Positions 51,418 to 64,000 of a stretch of 64,000 nucleotides of DNA are shown here, piece by piece. Every line of letters starts with the position of its first letter. Within the stretch, counting starts at the first letter, position 1. The stretch covers positions 186,001-250,000 of the forward strand of contig JAHLTZ010000022.1 of the NCBI GenBank assembly GCA_025786725.1. Direction: 5' to 3'. This stretch comes from Syncephalis fuscata S228. Taxonomy: Eukaryota > Fungi > Zoopagomycota. The notes under the pieces were generated by a model. It saw only the letters and a program-made list of their open reading frames with translations. It was not told the DNA's origin and did not search any database. A program made the translations under genes and the position numbers.

Positions 51418-53535
51418 GGCTAGTAAATCGGCAAAGGCAACGTTGTTAATGCAGCTGTCACGAGTGTAGCTGCAGGGATGTGTAATGTCAATTTAGACAC
51501 CTATTATTAAAATGTAACTATTAAAATTATAAATTGCAGACTACAGCAGCAACAAGATTATATATTTAATTGCACCAAAATAATAACAAAGTATGCGTTT
51601 GCATACAATTAGCTGCACAAACAATATAAAACAGATGCCAGTAGAGTGCTGGAAACAAGGAAACAAGAGAGAAGGACAAGATAAGCCGTGTTTAGCACTG
51701 CTTGGCAAATACAGAAATAAAAGGGTCGCTGACTGGTAAGTTAGGATGTTCGTCGCATGGGTTACTCTAAGCTATAATTGTCGCCGGAGATATAACCTAA
51801 TGTGGATCGTGTATTTGACTTTGTGCTTTTTTGTTCTATTGGCCCATTGATGCTAAATACATAAACGTAAACTAGAACTTCAAAAGCCTTTTTTCTTACT
51901 TTGTGTCCCATGTTTTTGTTGGTATAAATAGAATGTTTTAATTGTATGCCATGATTTCTATAGTAATGCACATTATCACAATGTTTTTATCTACTTGGCC
52001 AAAGTCAACATAACGATGCAACAACACCGATGTCTAGTGAAAACAACACAATGACAATATAGCTAATACACATATTTATACTTTTTATTTATCTACAACA
52101 ATAATATCTCTATATATTTATTTATAGCATTGATAGATTAATGGTAATATCACTTATAATTTACTAAAGGCTATTCGCCATAATGCCATTATATTTGATC
52201 GTAACTGTTTCTACAAAAGCACTATTCCATATAACAGTTTGTTGTATTTTATTTAATAATTGCTAGTATATTCAATCTTCCTTTATCTAGTATGCTTATC
52301 TTTTTTGACTTTCTCGTCCATCCGTCTTTCATCGTATATCCAGCATGCAATATTTTATTAATAAAAGCTGTTCATTTAGTGCTATTTGTGTTTGCTATGG
52401 AATTCAGTTAATTTAATTTATCACGCTCATTCATTGTATACACTATGATTCATTATTATTGTTTTACATTCTATTATATAGTATTTATATGTTTTACTAA
52501 TTATAGTTTATTACTAAAAATCATTTGTTCATTACCGGCTATATTCTTCTACACTTTGGCTTGCTCACTTATACGTACAATACTTATAGTAGTTTTATCA
52601 CCAATATTCCCGCAATTTCTTAGGCTATTAAACACCCATATACTAAAACTAGCTAGGTAGTATATATGGAGTTTAAAAGTATACATATTGGATAGCTACT
52701 TTTAATGTGAAGAAAGTGAAAGTGAAAAGTGTGACGTAGATTATCAGTCGTAAATTTGACTGATTGAATCTATAGTGAGTCAATGTGATGAAATAGAACA
52801 ATTGATAAGTATAACATAATAAAGCCAATCTATCCAAGGTGTAGCATCACAAAGCATATCATTAATAATGTAATAGAGCAATATTAATATGCTTTAAAAA
52901 TAAAGTATAGTTTATTAAACTTAATAAATATAGTATGCACGCAAGACAATAAAATAAACATGTATAAAGTATATTCATTACCATACGCAGCAATGATGTA
53001 TAGCTATATAGATATGCCATTAATGAACAAATGCAACTTTATATACAGCCATCAAACTTAATATAACACGTTATCTAGGAAGTCATAGTATTTTTACTAA
53101 TAAATGAGCAATTGTATTATTTAATCGACTAATGACGATAAAAGCTAATTACATTCAAAAGTAGACAAATTACTCACCCCTATGCGATTGATTATGACTC
53201 GTTCGCATCTCTTTTCCGATATTGACTATTCTATCTCTCGAGTTCACACAATTCCTTCTAGACTTCAATTGCAATAGCTGTAGCGTCTAGAAGAGTGTGG
53301 CCATTTCAAACTACGTAGCATTCTCAGTTTCTACCACTACTACTTTTATTACTATTACTATTGCCACACCATCAGTTTTGGCCTCCATTTAAGCATTATA
53401 TACGTGCTTGTAGCGCTACAGTTGTTGTTAATGCTAAAGCTTTATTGAGCATTGAGTGGCGAACATAACTCCTTGTGGAGCTCTACTTATAAGTTATTGT
53501 ATTTCTGGTAATTATCATTTATTATATTGGAATTC

Positions 53536-54982
53536 ATGGCTACTACCGCAACGCAGACTACCTTTGATGTATCGCAAACAGAGCTGTTAACGAGTGAACC
53601 GCCTTTTATCGCCCCTTCTACCAACAAGGCCACTACTACAATGAAAGCCCATGGAGCATCCACGCAATCCATATCAATGACTTCAAAAGAGAGCTGGCTA
53701 CAAAAACAAATCAAGTAAGTCATTAACATGGCGAAGTAACTACAATAAAGTTTACAACATCAACCATAGAACAAATGAACGGCTAAGACACTCAATAGCT
53801 GGTGCCGGCGCTGGCTGTTCAGCAGCTATTATTACATGTCCACTGGACGTAGTGAAAACACGGCTGCAGAATCAGGGGCCAGTAGGACCCGGTATGCGTC
53901 CTTATCGCGGTACCTTTGGTATGTAGATTGAATTGCTATACGATAGCAATAGCAATAATAACAACAACAACAATAACAATAACTTATTCCGTATACACTA
54001 GGGACATTGTATCGAATTTGGATGGAGGAGAGTGTACGAGGCTTGTATCGAGGGCTAGGTCCAACAATACTTGGCTATCTACCTACATGGGCCATTTATT
54101 TCTCCATGTACGATCAAGCAAAAGTTTATTTAGCCGAGAAAACCGGTAATTGCGCTGCTATCGATAGAGATGGTTAGAATTGGACATTAATAAATATTAA
54201 TTAGGACGTGGGAATATGCATTGGTCAGTACATATTGGTGCTGCCATTACAGCCGGTATTTCGTGTAATTTTGCCACCAATCCATTATGGGTCATTAAGA
54301 CACGTATGATGGTAAGCCAATTATAATGAACGGATTTAGAGATTGATACTAGTCATTTAGACACAAAGTGCCTATACCGACTATCGATACAATAGCACGC
54401 CACATGCATTCCATACTATATGGCGTCAAGAGGGCATTCGTGGCTTCTATAAGGGATTAGGCACTTCGTTATTTGGCATATCTCATGTAGCGGTACAATT
54501 TCCATTATACGAACGACTAAAACTATGGCTGCGTAAGTTATATTATTTTAGATGGTCCCATCAATCTTGGCTGCTATATCAATATAACGAACTAACGTAT
54601 ACATTATAGATACCATGATACAATTAAACATCGATCCATTCATATATTGCTTGCATCGGGTCTATCAAAAATGGCCGCCAGTGTTATTACCTATCCACAC
54701 GAGGTAAGTATTTATTTATTTAAAGCAATTTAAATTCTATTAGAATAAAGGATAACTAGTGCTAATTAGGTGGTACGTACACGGCTTCAAAATCAGTCAC
54801 GTCCACCATTCAAGTACAAAGGTATATTTAACGCTATTCGAACTATCTACATCGAAGAAGGCTGGACAGCATTCTATAAAGGCATGCCTACCAATTTACT
54901 GCGCACGGTGCCCACAAGTGCCATTACTTTTCTAACCTACGAGCTATTAATACGTCGACTTAATACATTCTCGGAAGAATAG
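53536..54982 (+). CDS. Mitochondrial carrier, NAD+/folate transporter subfamily (Ndt1/SLC25A32-like), multi-exon
   Basis: Three carrier repeats: CPLDVVKTRLQ, NPLWVIKTRM, YPHEVVRTRLQ. Also GYLPTWAIYF, SHVAVQFPLYE. Confidence 0.9.
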
Positions 54983-55270
54983 GTATTGCAGGTGTATATT
55001 GAATATTACTGTGCACTAGAACATTTTGTGAATTAAATTATCATTTAAGCTTTATGTTTTTATTTCAATTAAAATCACCCAGTTATTTTACTTTCTATTC
55101 ATTATTATCCATTTCTTTATTAAAGTGTTGTACAATAACAAAAAAAGTTAATATAAATAAAGAAAATATAAGATAATAAGGTTAAAAAGAATAAAATTTT
55201 ATTCATGTTATTATAATAAAAAACCTTTTTCATTTAACTTTGTTTTAGTCTAGTCGCTTTCCTTTTAACC

Positions 55271-55961
55271 ATGTCAACCGAGATTCAACAAAAGCTAGCT
55301 CGTTACGAGACATTTGTTAATGAACGACTAAAACCAGATCTCGAACAGACACTAGTACTAAGGGACCAGGTATTTACAAAGATATCAGAATAGTAAGTAG
55401 TAACAAAATAATGTATACATTAAAGCTTATACCAATGACCAACCAGTGAAAAGCTCCAACTACATTTAGGAACTATAAAGGAACAAGAGCTAGATTCATT
55501 GACGACCATGGTAGATCTCGGCTGTAGCTTCTACGCCCAAGCCAAAGTGTAAATAACTATACCATACTATATCCGTCATAATAAATAACACCATCCATTA
55601 TAGGCCTGATACTACGTATATCTATGTCAGTATAGGTTATGGCTTCCATTTACAATTAACGATCGACGAAGCAGTCGTGTTTATAGAACGAAAGATTAAA
55701 CATCTTCGCAAGTAAGTAGCTACAATCAACTTTTCAATAAAACAACTATCATTTACTCAATATTAATCAACACTCTATCTAATCATCTATTAGAATGGGT
55801 GATACGTATACAAATGAAGCCGCTAAAATACGCGCTCATATCAAAACTGTAGGTAGCTCATTATCCACTTAATATCTAATAATAGCCATAATATCTACTA
55901 GATGTTACATGCCATGGCAGAAATCCTTCAATTAAATGATAACAGCGCCCCATCTCATTAG
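55271..55961 (+). CDS. UXT: Prefoldin alpha-like protein UXT, multi-exon
   Basis: KLARYETFVNERLKPDL, MVDLGCSFYAQAKVPDT.IYVSIGYGF, KIRAHIK. Absent from the ORF track. Confidence 0.85.
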
Positions 55962-56543
55962 TCATTTCTATTGTATTATAATAAATAGCAGTCATCGCGT
56001 CATTTATCTAAAACATGAGCCTAGATATTTATAAATATTTAATAGTTCATAGAATAACACCTAGCCATAAAATCCTATTTCGTACTACTTATCATTTGTA
56101 AATAACTGAAAGGGCCTATAACAACAACGATATTGGAACGATGAAGTGAAAGCAAAGATGCCAAGAAATTAAACCACACACCACACGTATCTCTTTGTTA
56201 ATAACGAATAGAGTAATGCCAATTGTTCATAGGTGGACAGCTACTAGGCCCATAACAGACACCATACCAATCAATGATGATCTTAAGTCATTGTAGGTGT
56301 GCCATGCTGAATCCTTGCCATTCCATGTGTATTCCTTATATATAAATACACTTATAACCACGAGTTATCTATTAATAGTAATAGGTCTAATTGTTGCACG
56401 GATATTCAACTGACTACTACTGATAAAGAGCACTATTACAAAAAGTATAGAAATAAGCAAGTAACGAACCATAACCGGTCTCCTTTTTCTTTTTTACTTC
56501 GTGCTACTACTGATGGATAGCCATATTATACATATACTAACCG

Positions 56544-56565
56544 GTTAGTTAGTTAGTTAGTTAGT
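56544..56565. repeat. (TTAG)n microsatellite
   Basis: gttagttagttagttagttagt. Confidence 0.85.
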
Positions 56566-56624
56566 CTATGAATAATAGCCCGTTGAATACTCGCCTATTT
56601 ACTCACTTACTCATTCGCTCACTT

Positions 56625-56627
<3 letters not shown>

Positions 56628-56656
<29 letters not shown>
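56628..56656. repeat. (CA)n microsatellite
   Basis: About 14 CA units upstream of the F-box gene. Confidence 0.95.
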
Positions 56657-56658
<2 letters not shown>

Positions 56659-56951
56659 GCACACATATGTTGCAGACTGATAATTATACACTTTAATGAT
56701 ATCTACAACATTACTTATTGTTCTATCATTGTGTATTACTTGTTATCTGCAACTATTCATTTCTCTTTATTCTAACTGCATAACTGTCTACATTTTAACT
56801 TGTAGGCTTTCTCATTCCTATTTCTTGGTTGTAATAAGTATTTTTGACTGAGTTATTCTATTATTTCTAGTTTATTACAAATACTATCGTGATATTGACG
56901 GTAGAGGCGTATAGGTTATTACGAGAATAGTAACAATAGCAACAACTGGTC

Positions 56952-59900
56952 ATGGATACAACCCAACCAGATTGTTGCCAATTACAACTCAATAGTCCTA
57001 CTTGTAACAGTACTGGTAATAGTCATAGTCATTCCTCAACCATCTCTCCTTTTACAGGTGAGACGTGTAATCCACTTGAACAACAACAACAACAACAAAT
57101 AGTATCGCCATTAGTCATAACAAAGACTAGTTCACTATTAGAAGATATAACTATTCATAATAGTGATTTATTGTTGTCTATTTCTTCTTGTAGTAACTCT
57201 ATTGTAACTCCATTAAAAGCGGTTACTCAGACTGATACTCAATCTATGTTAACAACAACAACAAATATAACAACAACAGATACAGTCTCACAACAACAAC
57301 AACAACAACAACAAGTAACAAAGCGGCAACCATATGATATGCCACGCCCCAATTCAACCTTTATTGAACACACCGCACCTTTAACAACACTATTCTCCTC
57401 TTCTTTTTCCACTTCTACAGATTCTAATCCATCCCTCACTACCACTGATATCAACAATAGTAACAACCACGATATCATTATTAGTCGACCTAGATCGTTC
57501 TCTGTCGATAGTTGTGCTCCATTACCTGCATCCTATATTGATCGTGGTGATATTATTCCACGTGCACCTAGTCGTCCCTTGCCACCCTTGCCGCCTTTGC
57601 CGTTGGATGTAACACCAGGCAGTATAGGTACACTAACAAGGGCACAGAGTAGACCACTACCTCCTATGCCTGGTTATAAAGAGCATACCTATCATACCTA
57701 TCATTCACGTAATCGTAGTTACGATAGTAGACATTTTACTCTATCTAACACGGCAGCGACAGCTTCTATTCTTGATTTTGCCTTTTTATATGATCAAGTA
57801 GCGGGATCAGTTCATTCACTAGATTTAGATTTAGTGGATAATAGTAACAATAACACGATTAATAATAACAGCACTAGTAACAGTAACAGTAACAGTAACA
57901 GTAATACATTTACATTACCACCATTATTGTCATCTTCACCATTATCATTAACATCGCCATTATCATCTTCACCATCAACAACAACAACATTACCTCCATT
58001 ACCACCACGTCCCCGTGAACCTATATCATCATTATTTGTAGTAGATAGTAATACATCTAGTACATCTAATTCTACCTATATCTCTCCGCCTACTTCTTCT
58101 AACGCTCCTTCTCTTCCTCCATTACCACCACGTCCACTATCTACTACACCTAGTACACGTTCTAGTCTGGAACGTATCGCTGTAGATAATACACACCTAC
58201 TATCGCCCACTTCATCGAGACGACCTTCTGTCTCTGGCTGTTCAGTAGTTACACTTTCTGTATCGGAATCATCATTAATCCATCCAGAAGAGAACCGTCC
58301 ATTTACCCGTCAATCTTATTCAGAGACTAGATTACATCGTAGACCAAAATATACAAGTTCTAGTCCATTACCCCATCCTATTAATACACGTCAACCATAT
58401 TCGCAGAATTACATATCACTTAATCGACGTGTAGCACCAGCTATATCACAGATATCGCCTAGTAAAAACGTAAGAATTGGTGATTGTCGACAGCACGCCA
58501 TACTTGTTAGTCCAGTGATGGATGAGAATTTACAATTACACCAAGTACCTCAATCATTAATGATGTCACCATTATCGCCAATTATTACTCAAGTACAGTC
58601 ACCACCACCATCACAACAACAACAACAACAACAACAACAACGACAATATCGACAATTATCATCAATGCAGATAATGCAACGAGGTAATGGATCATTTATT
58701 AAACGGTTACCACCAGAGATACACGTTCATATTGCTCGGTTTCTAACCACCCGTGAATTACTGGCGATGTGTAGAGTAACGAGACAGTTCGCTCCTCGTC
58801 TTAATGGCACTGTCCGTTCACCGTATGATCCGGATAGACCAGCACGTATAGTCAAACATATAGCATTGTTATTACGGGAATTTGGTGAGACACCGTTACA
58901 TTATCAGGCCAATGCAGTCATAGCCCCGGTGATTCAACATAAGGACTTTTTATATGAAAATATGGCTATTTATGCTGGTAAATCTACAGTACCCGTTAGT
59001 CTTATCTATTGGTGGGCATGGCAATCAGGTAGTCCTGATTTAATAGCGGCATTATTAAGGGCGCGTTGGCAATTAACGGCTGAGTGTCTACGTCATATTG
59101 AATGGGATTATCAACCACGTGATCCTAATCTACAATCAAATGTAGCACCGCCCTTTCATGGTAATGATCAAGAAGGTATATTGTTACGTGAAGCAATGGC
59201 CAGTGTAGGTAGCGAACCGGATTTCTTTCACATCTCACCGGCCAAGATTGCTAGTATACAACAGCAGAGATGGCGTCGTAGTGCCTCTTATAGCCGACAG
59301 CATGTACATAGAGATACGGCGAATGCAACACCAAGACGCGCTACAACACTATTCATTCCATCATCCAATACAACCACCACAGCTCTTAATTATCAAAATA
59401 ATCCATTGCTTAATAGCGATAATAGTCAGTATAGTGCTGGTTGGTTACAGGAAGCATTCCGATTAAGACGACAATTCTGGAGCTCTTGTTTTACCCCTGA
59501 TGCACCTCAATTGATTAGTGCGGTATTACGTGATCCATGGGCGTGTCTTATACCTTTTCCACCTGTGGATGCGATTGAAATGTCTAGAAGTGAGCTGCGT
59601 TCTCTCATTTCTGAACCACAACTAAGTCAATTGCTTGCTTTATTGGAGGAACGTAGTCATTGGAGTCTATCGCATGCTATTTTTGACTGGCTATTAATGG
59701 TAGCGGTAGTTTGTCGATCTCATACAGCTATGGTGCGTATCCGTCGTATGAAACGATGTACTAGTCGAGGATGGAATCAAGCTTTGTTAAGGCTTACTTG
59801 TTATGCCGTACTCGCTATAACAAATACCGACTTTCTACCCCAGTCACAACATAGCCAACAGCACAGTATGATAGTGCGTAGAAATGAGTTACAGAAACTA

Positions 59901-60965
59901 ACGCAACTTTACCGCGAAGTTATCCTTAATGGATTATGTACACGACGGGGCATTGATAGAGCCCTTATTACACTGTATGTTGATCGTATTGACTATGACG
60001 CTACAACGAGTGCAATTACCGTACAGAATATCCCAGGTAGTGGTGATGCATTGACAGGTGGACGGGCCCGTGTTGATAGTGTTCATTTAATGGAGTTTGG
60101 TGAATTACTACTTTCTACTCGACTCTATTCAGATGACCCAGCCGGTCGATTACTTCGACATTGTTGTCAACGACCTGATCGTAGTGGTATGATGATTACA
60201 GGCACTAATAATAATGCCGATACAGCTGATGTGTATTATGATATGATGAATACCATTGGTGGTAGTGGTAGTGGTAGTAGTCATACGCATACGCATACGC
60301 ATATGAATGGTCAAGATTTAACTATTAATACATCGGGCACTAATATGACACATCCGGTACCACAATTATTACACTTTATTATTGACGGTGGTCGATATCC
60401 ACCTGAAGATGCTGACTGGTGTTTACAATGGTTGTTACGGGCCGGTGATTTAGCACTATTACGACGTGTATTACGCAATGGTATTTATTCATCTCAAGGA
60501 TTATCCTGGTGTTTCCAACATGCCCATCGATTTGACGATGTTACCATTTATACGGAGATACTGCAAAGTGCCCGTCCCGATAATGAGACACTGCAACGCT
60601 GGCGTGGACATACTGGTGGTCGACCAAAGCGAAAGGTAGCTCGATTATTACAAGAACCTGATGGTGGACTACGTAAACTGGCCCCTCATTTAGCCGAGAA
60701 TACAAAGCAAATTAAGCGAATTCAAGAAGAACGACAACAGCAATTATTGCTACAACGACAACAGCAACAGCAACAGCAACAACAACAGATATTAGTAGCA
60801 CTATCTAATTCATCGTTGCCATCATCACCACCTCAATCACCAAATGAAGCCTATTCACCTACTGATACAAGTAATCCAATTACCGGTAAAATTAGTGAAG
60901 TAACAGCCAATGTTGGTAAAGAAGCAAAACGGTTATCAGCTCGACTAGGACGTATGTTTTTCTAA
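56952..60965 (+). CDS. Large intronless F-box protein, 1337 aa, with low-complexity, polyQ and proline-rich N-terminus and helical C-terminal region
   Basis: 4-kb ORF. F-box FIKRLPPEIHVHIARFLTTRELLAMCRVTRQF, PPLPPRP motifs, polyQ tracts. Confidence 0.8.
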   Translation: MDTTQPDCCQLQLNSPTCNSTGNSHSHSSTISPFTGETCNPLEQQQQQQIVSPLVITKTSSLLEDITIHNSDLLLSISSCSNSIVTPLKAVTQTDTQSMLTTTTNITTTDTVSQQQQQQQQVTKRQPYDMPRPNSTFIEHTAPLTTLFSSSFSTSTDSNPSLTTTDINNSNNHDIIISRPRSFSVDSCAPLPASYIDRGDIIPRAPSRPLPPLPPLPLDVTPGSIGTLTRAQSRPLPPMPGYKEHTYHTYHSRNRSYDSRHFTLSNTAATASILDFAFLYDQVAGSVHSLDLDLVDNSNNNTINNNSTSNSNSNSNSNTFTLPPLLSSSPLSLTSPLSSSPSTTTTLPPLPPRPREPISSLFVVDSNTSSTSNSTYISPPTSSNAPSLPPLPPRPLSTTPSTRSSLERIAVDNTHLLSPTSSRRPSVSGCSVVTLSVSESSLIHPEENRPFTRQSYSETRLHRRPKYTSSSPLPHPINTRQPYSQNYISLNRRVAPAISQISPSKNVRIGDCRQHAILVSPVMDENLQLHQVPQSLMMSPLSPIITQVQSPPPSQQQQQQQQQRQYRQLSSMQIMQRGNGSFIKRLPPEIHVHIARFLTTRELLAMCRVTRQFAPRLNGTVRSPYDPDRPARIVKHIALLLREFGETPLHYQANAVIAPVIQHKDFLYENMAIYAGKSTVPVSLIYWWAWQSGSPDLIAALLRARWQLTAECLRHIEWDYQPRDPNLQSNVAPPFHGNDQEGILLREAMASVGSEPDFFHISPAKIASIQQQRWRRSASYSRQHVHRDTANATPRRATTLFIPSSNTTTTALNYQNNPLLNSDNSQYSAGWLQEAFRLRRQFWSSCFTPDAPQLISAVLRDPWACLIPFPPVDAIEMSRSELRSLISEPQLSQLLALLEERSHWSLSHAIFDWLLMVAVVCRSHTAMVRIRRMKRCTSRGWNQALLRLTCYAVLAITNTDFLPQSQHSQQHSMIVRRNELQKLTQLYREVILNGLCTRRGIDRALITLYVDRIDYDATTSAITVQNIPGSGDALTGGRARVDSVHLMEFGELLLSTRLYSDDPAGRLLRHCCQRPDRSGMMITGTNNNADTADVYYDMMNTIGGSGSGSSHTHTHTHMNGQDLTINTSGTNMTHPVPQLLHFIIDGGRYPPEDADWCLQWLLRAGDLALLRRVLRNGIYSSQGLSWCFQHAHRFDDVTIYTEILQSARPDNETLQRWRGHTGGRPKRKVARLLQEPDGGLRKLAPHLAENTKQIKRIQEERQQQLLLQRQQQQQQQQQQILVALSNSSLPSSPPQSPNEAYSPTDTSNPITGKISEVTANVGKEAKRLSARLGRMFF

Positions 60966-61107
60966 TTGATTCCGACATCCATTCGTATTAGTATTATTGG
61001 TAATAGTATTAGCAGCACACACTATTTTTATTGATTAGCGATTATCATTATTATTAACCAACATGTAATAAAAGATCATTGTAATTATTTTACTATAACT
61101 ACTAGAC

Positions 61108-61110
<3 letters not shown>

Positions 61111-61150
<40 letters not shown>
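61111..61150. repeat. (TTA)n microsatellite
   Basis: About 13 TTA units between convergent genes. A similar tract lies at 33459-33491 in a UBA4 intron. Confidence 0.9.
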
Positions 61151-61201
61151 GTTGCTACTATATTAATATAGTCTAGTTTAATAAAACATTAACCTATATC
61201 A

Positions 61202-61723
61202 TTATTGTTTATTCTTTTGGTCATCTTCTTCAAGCAATTGGGCCAATTCAGCGTCATCAAGGGCTGCACCTTCTTGTAGAATCAATTCATCTTCTGTTGC
61301 CTTATCAAGCGCGAGGAAAGTGTCGAGTCCATCGTATTCAACGGCATCGTCCAGTGCGGTAATGGTCTATATTAAATAAATAGCAATCATTATAGTATTA
61401 TATCGACATTGAAGTGTACTTACACCGCGAAACTCGCCATTAACAAATATTTGTGGCAAGTCAGTGGCACCGCCATTCTTGCGACGCATATATGATTTTG
61501 CCTCTTCATCGGCTGCAATGTCTACAAACTTGAACGGAATCTCGTTTGAAGTAAGTACCGACTCAATACGTCGCTGTGCATCCTTAATCTGTAACCAGGA
61601 GAGACTCAGTTAGTTAGGCGGTATCTACGTGTCGTTACAGCAAGTGCTATTTACCTTGCGATTGCCCGAGATGGATGAGCCGTAGATGTGAACACGTACA
61701 GAGGTATCGGTAGTAGCTGACAT
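61202..61723 (-). CDS. SH3BGR / glutaredoxin-like protein, 3 exons
   Basis: IYGSSISGNRK|IKDAQRRIESVL..FVDIAADEEAKSYMRRKN..LPQIFVNGEFRG, acidic tail. Absent from the ORF track. Confidence 0.88.
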
Positions 61724-62017
61724 GCTGCAGAAGTAACAGGTATATCCTTTGACAAAGGTTTAATAGATAGAAGGTAACGGTAGAGTAATAGAATGAGAAC
61801 AAGGATAGAAAGTGACGTGGAACAAGGAGTAACGAGTTGAAGAGTAGAAGACGTCTTACTATTATTGTAATAATAGTGTAAATGGATAAATCAACACTTT
61901 AGATTGATAAAGCGTACGATGATACACATGTCAGTTAGATAAATAACTACTATAACACACGGTATTCTTGACTATCAAGTACAAGATAGTATGGCACATG
62001 ATTTATTAACATGCTGT

Positions 62018-62920
62018 CTAACGTATACATGACTGTGAAAGACATTCAATAGAGGTGTAGGGAACAGTATTGGGATCCAGTGATGTATCTCTGTAGATTG
62101 AATAGTGAGTTGAGTCTATTAAAAAGTAACTATTATAACTTACTCGGATGGTGTATAAATACGAACTTCTCTAAAATGTGAATCTTTACCATTTTGATGA
62201 TTAGCTAATACGGCCAACTGAACAATATGAGCTCGTAACAATGTTTTCTCTCTATCATATTAATGTTATTTACACGGCTATTAAGGCTATTCACGCTATT
62301 TTAACTTACTCGTTATTTGTATTGCGTAATGGAATGTTGACCCATCCAACGGGTTTATCAAGACTAATAAGATACATTTCCTATTAAAAGTATAAATACG
62401 TTATAATACGATGTAAAATTACTTACTGATAGCTCATTGGGTCCACCACCAGCACGGATGGATATTTTGTGCGGTGTATAACTTTCATCCTCGGCAAATG
62501 ATACATAAAATGATAATTGCTAATTATAGTATAGTATAGTATATTAATCACTCATTACTTTAGTATATCTAATAGTGCCACTTACTGCTAGGGTAAGAAG
62601 ACGTGGAAATTGCATCGTAATTGTGTGTGGTGCTGGTTGTGGTGCATCCGATCTTATTATGACATGAGTAACCAATATATAATAAACTAACGACTACTAT
62701 TACTTACTGCCAAAATGTTTCCAAATCACCGTTACGTACATTTTCTACGCCAAAATTCCGTTTAAAACTAGATACTGACCATAATGCTAGATCACCAACT
62801 TCACGTAAACCATCTTCTTGTGGTAGATCTAGTGTTAAGGTTCTATTCAGTATAAATTGACTATGAATTACAGTGTTTTCGCATTAACTTACGCGTTATT
62901 GTCACGTTAATTCTCGCCAT
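62018..62920 (-). CDS. APC10: Anaphase-promoting complex subunit 10 (Doc1), multi-exon; probable 1-nt frameshift in exon 1
   Basis: LREVGDLALWSVSSFK..FGVE, TFWQSD, DESYTP, NHQNGKDSH, C-terminal IR* tail. Confidence 0.93.
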
Positions 62921-63222
62921 GACGTATATATTTATATATATCTTTATAGATATAGGTTATCGCTATAAAATAAACAAAAGCCAGGTTCCATGATACAATA
63001 ATTGCTCAACTGACATCTAAATAGTACAACGCTATTTTAATTTAAAGTGGACCGGAATAATCCGGACTGCAAACAAAAAGATAATACAGATTCAAATGTA
63101 CCCTCCCCTTTATACAACACACACCTACTTCCTCTCTTTCTTAAGGGCGTTTCTCTTTCCTCGTCTTTTTTCGTCATTTGCCATCATTCGATCGACTTTC
63201 AATACACGCGTCTACTGTAGTC

Positions 63223-63700
63223 ATGTTGTTGAGCAAAGTTTCATTGGCCGGTAATTCGATGTTGGCATCCTTGCTAAAACCATTTGCAGGTGCATTCGCG
63301 AACGCTGCCGGTTATCGTCGACTAGGTAAGCAGACAGCTGCATAGATGCATACGTGTATCGTATAGATTGCTCTACAGCGCTATTATTATCAATAATACT
63401 AGTAGACTATTTGCTAATCTATACTATATCTATTTGATAGGTCTACGATATGATGATTTATTGATTGAAGAGACGGATGCTGTCCAAGAAGCTATTCGCC
63501 GCTTGCCAGAGGAAGAGCAATTGGCGCGTGCCTATCGATTCCGTCGCGCTTTCCAACTCTCACTGCAGCACAGTGAGTTGCCAAAAGCTGAGTGGACCAA
63601 ACCCGAGGAGGATATTAGATATTTGTCGCCGGTCGTTGAACAAGTAGAGCGCGAATTCGCCGAACGTAAAGCATTCGACTCTATGGTTATCCGCAAATAA
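63223..63700 (+). CDS. QCR7: Cytochrome b-c1 complex subunit 7, one intron
   Basis: NAAGYRRLG|LRYDDLLIEE..VQEAIRRLP..RAYRFRRAFQLS..LPKAEWTKPEED..YL. Confidence 0.96.
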
Positions 63701-64000
63701 TAGATGATATTGTAAATTATACTAAATACAGTATCATTTCTACACTATTCTTGTTTGTGGCTAACATCGCCGTCATTATTGCACTTACTGTTATTGTTGT
63801 TGTTGCTCTTCTCCCTTTATACAAATATCATTTAAACACAATCATAAACATGAACAAGTATTTGATTGCACAATATATTTATATTTATATATATAAATGT
63901 TATCTGTATGCATACACTCATATGAATATTTTAATGCCATCGTGCCAATGTTTCGATCAACGATACAACTTCTTCTAGACTAGCATTTAGTGGGCGAATA

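Noticed and set aside
56544-56565. (TTAG)n as an interstitial telomere
   Set aside because: It is not TTAGGG-like and has only about 5 units. Treated as a microsatellite.
56952-61723. Functional link between the PxxP-rich F-box gene and the adjacent SH3BGR gene
   Set aside because: SH3BGR is a thioredoxin-fold protein without an SH3 domain, so the link is in name only.

Overview
Eukaryotic, AT-rich fungal genomic DNA with many short (about 45-120 nt) spliceosomal introns. Gene content and style suggest an early-diverging fungus, possibly a Zoopagomycota mycoparasite such as Syncephalis (inference). About 27 protein-coding genes were reconstructed by hand. Housekeeping genes (TOR, CDC40, ER FKBP, MPC1, UBP8, BEM46, LCB1, UBA4, RCY1, NDT1-like carrier, UXT, SH3BGR, APC10, QCR7) are interleaved with accessory genes: secreted proteases, a BAHD acyltransferase, an orphan 7TM protein, a 7TM-RGS fusion, a degenerate flavodoxin-like protein and a large F-box protein. 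The main finding is a family of three dispersed, signal-peptide-bearing pseudokinase genes (8.5-9.6, 20.5-21.8 and 27.2-28.4 kb). They share a 4-intron architecture, lack the catalytic Lys and Asp, and are candidate secreted effectors. About 19 single-base deletions break reading frames across the window, most probably assembly errors. No rRNA, tRNA, CRISPR array or intact transposon was recognised.
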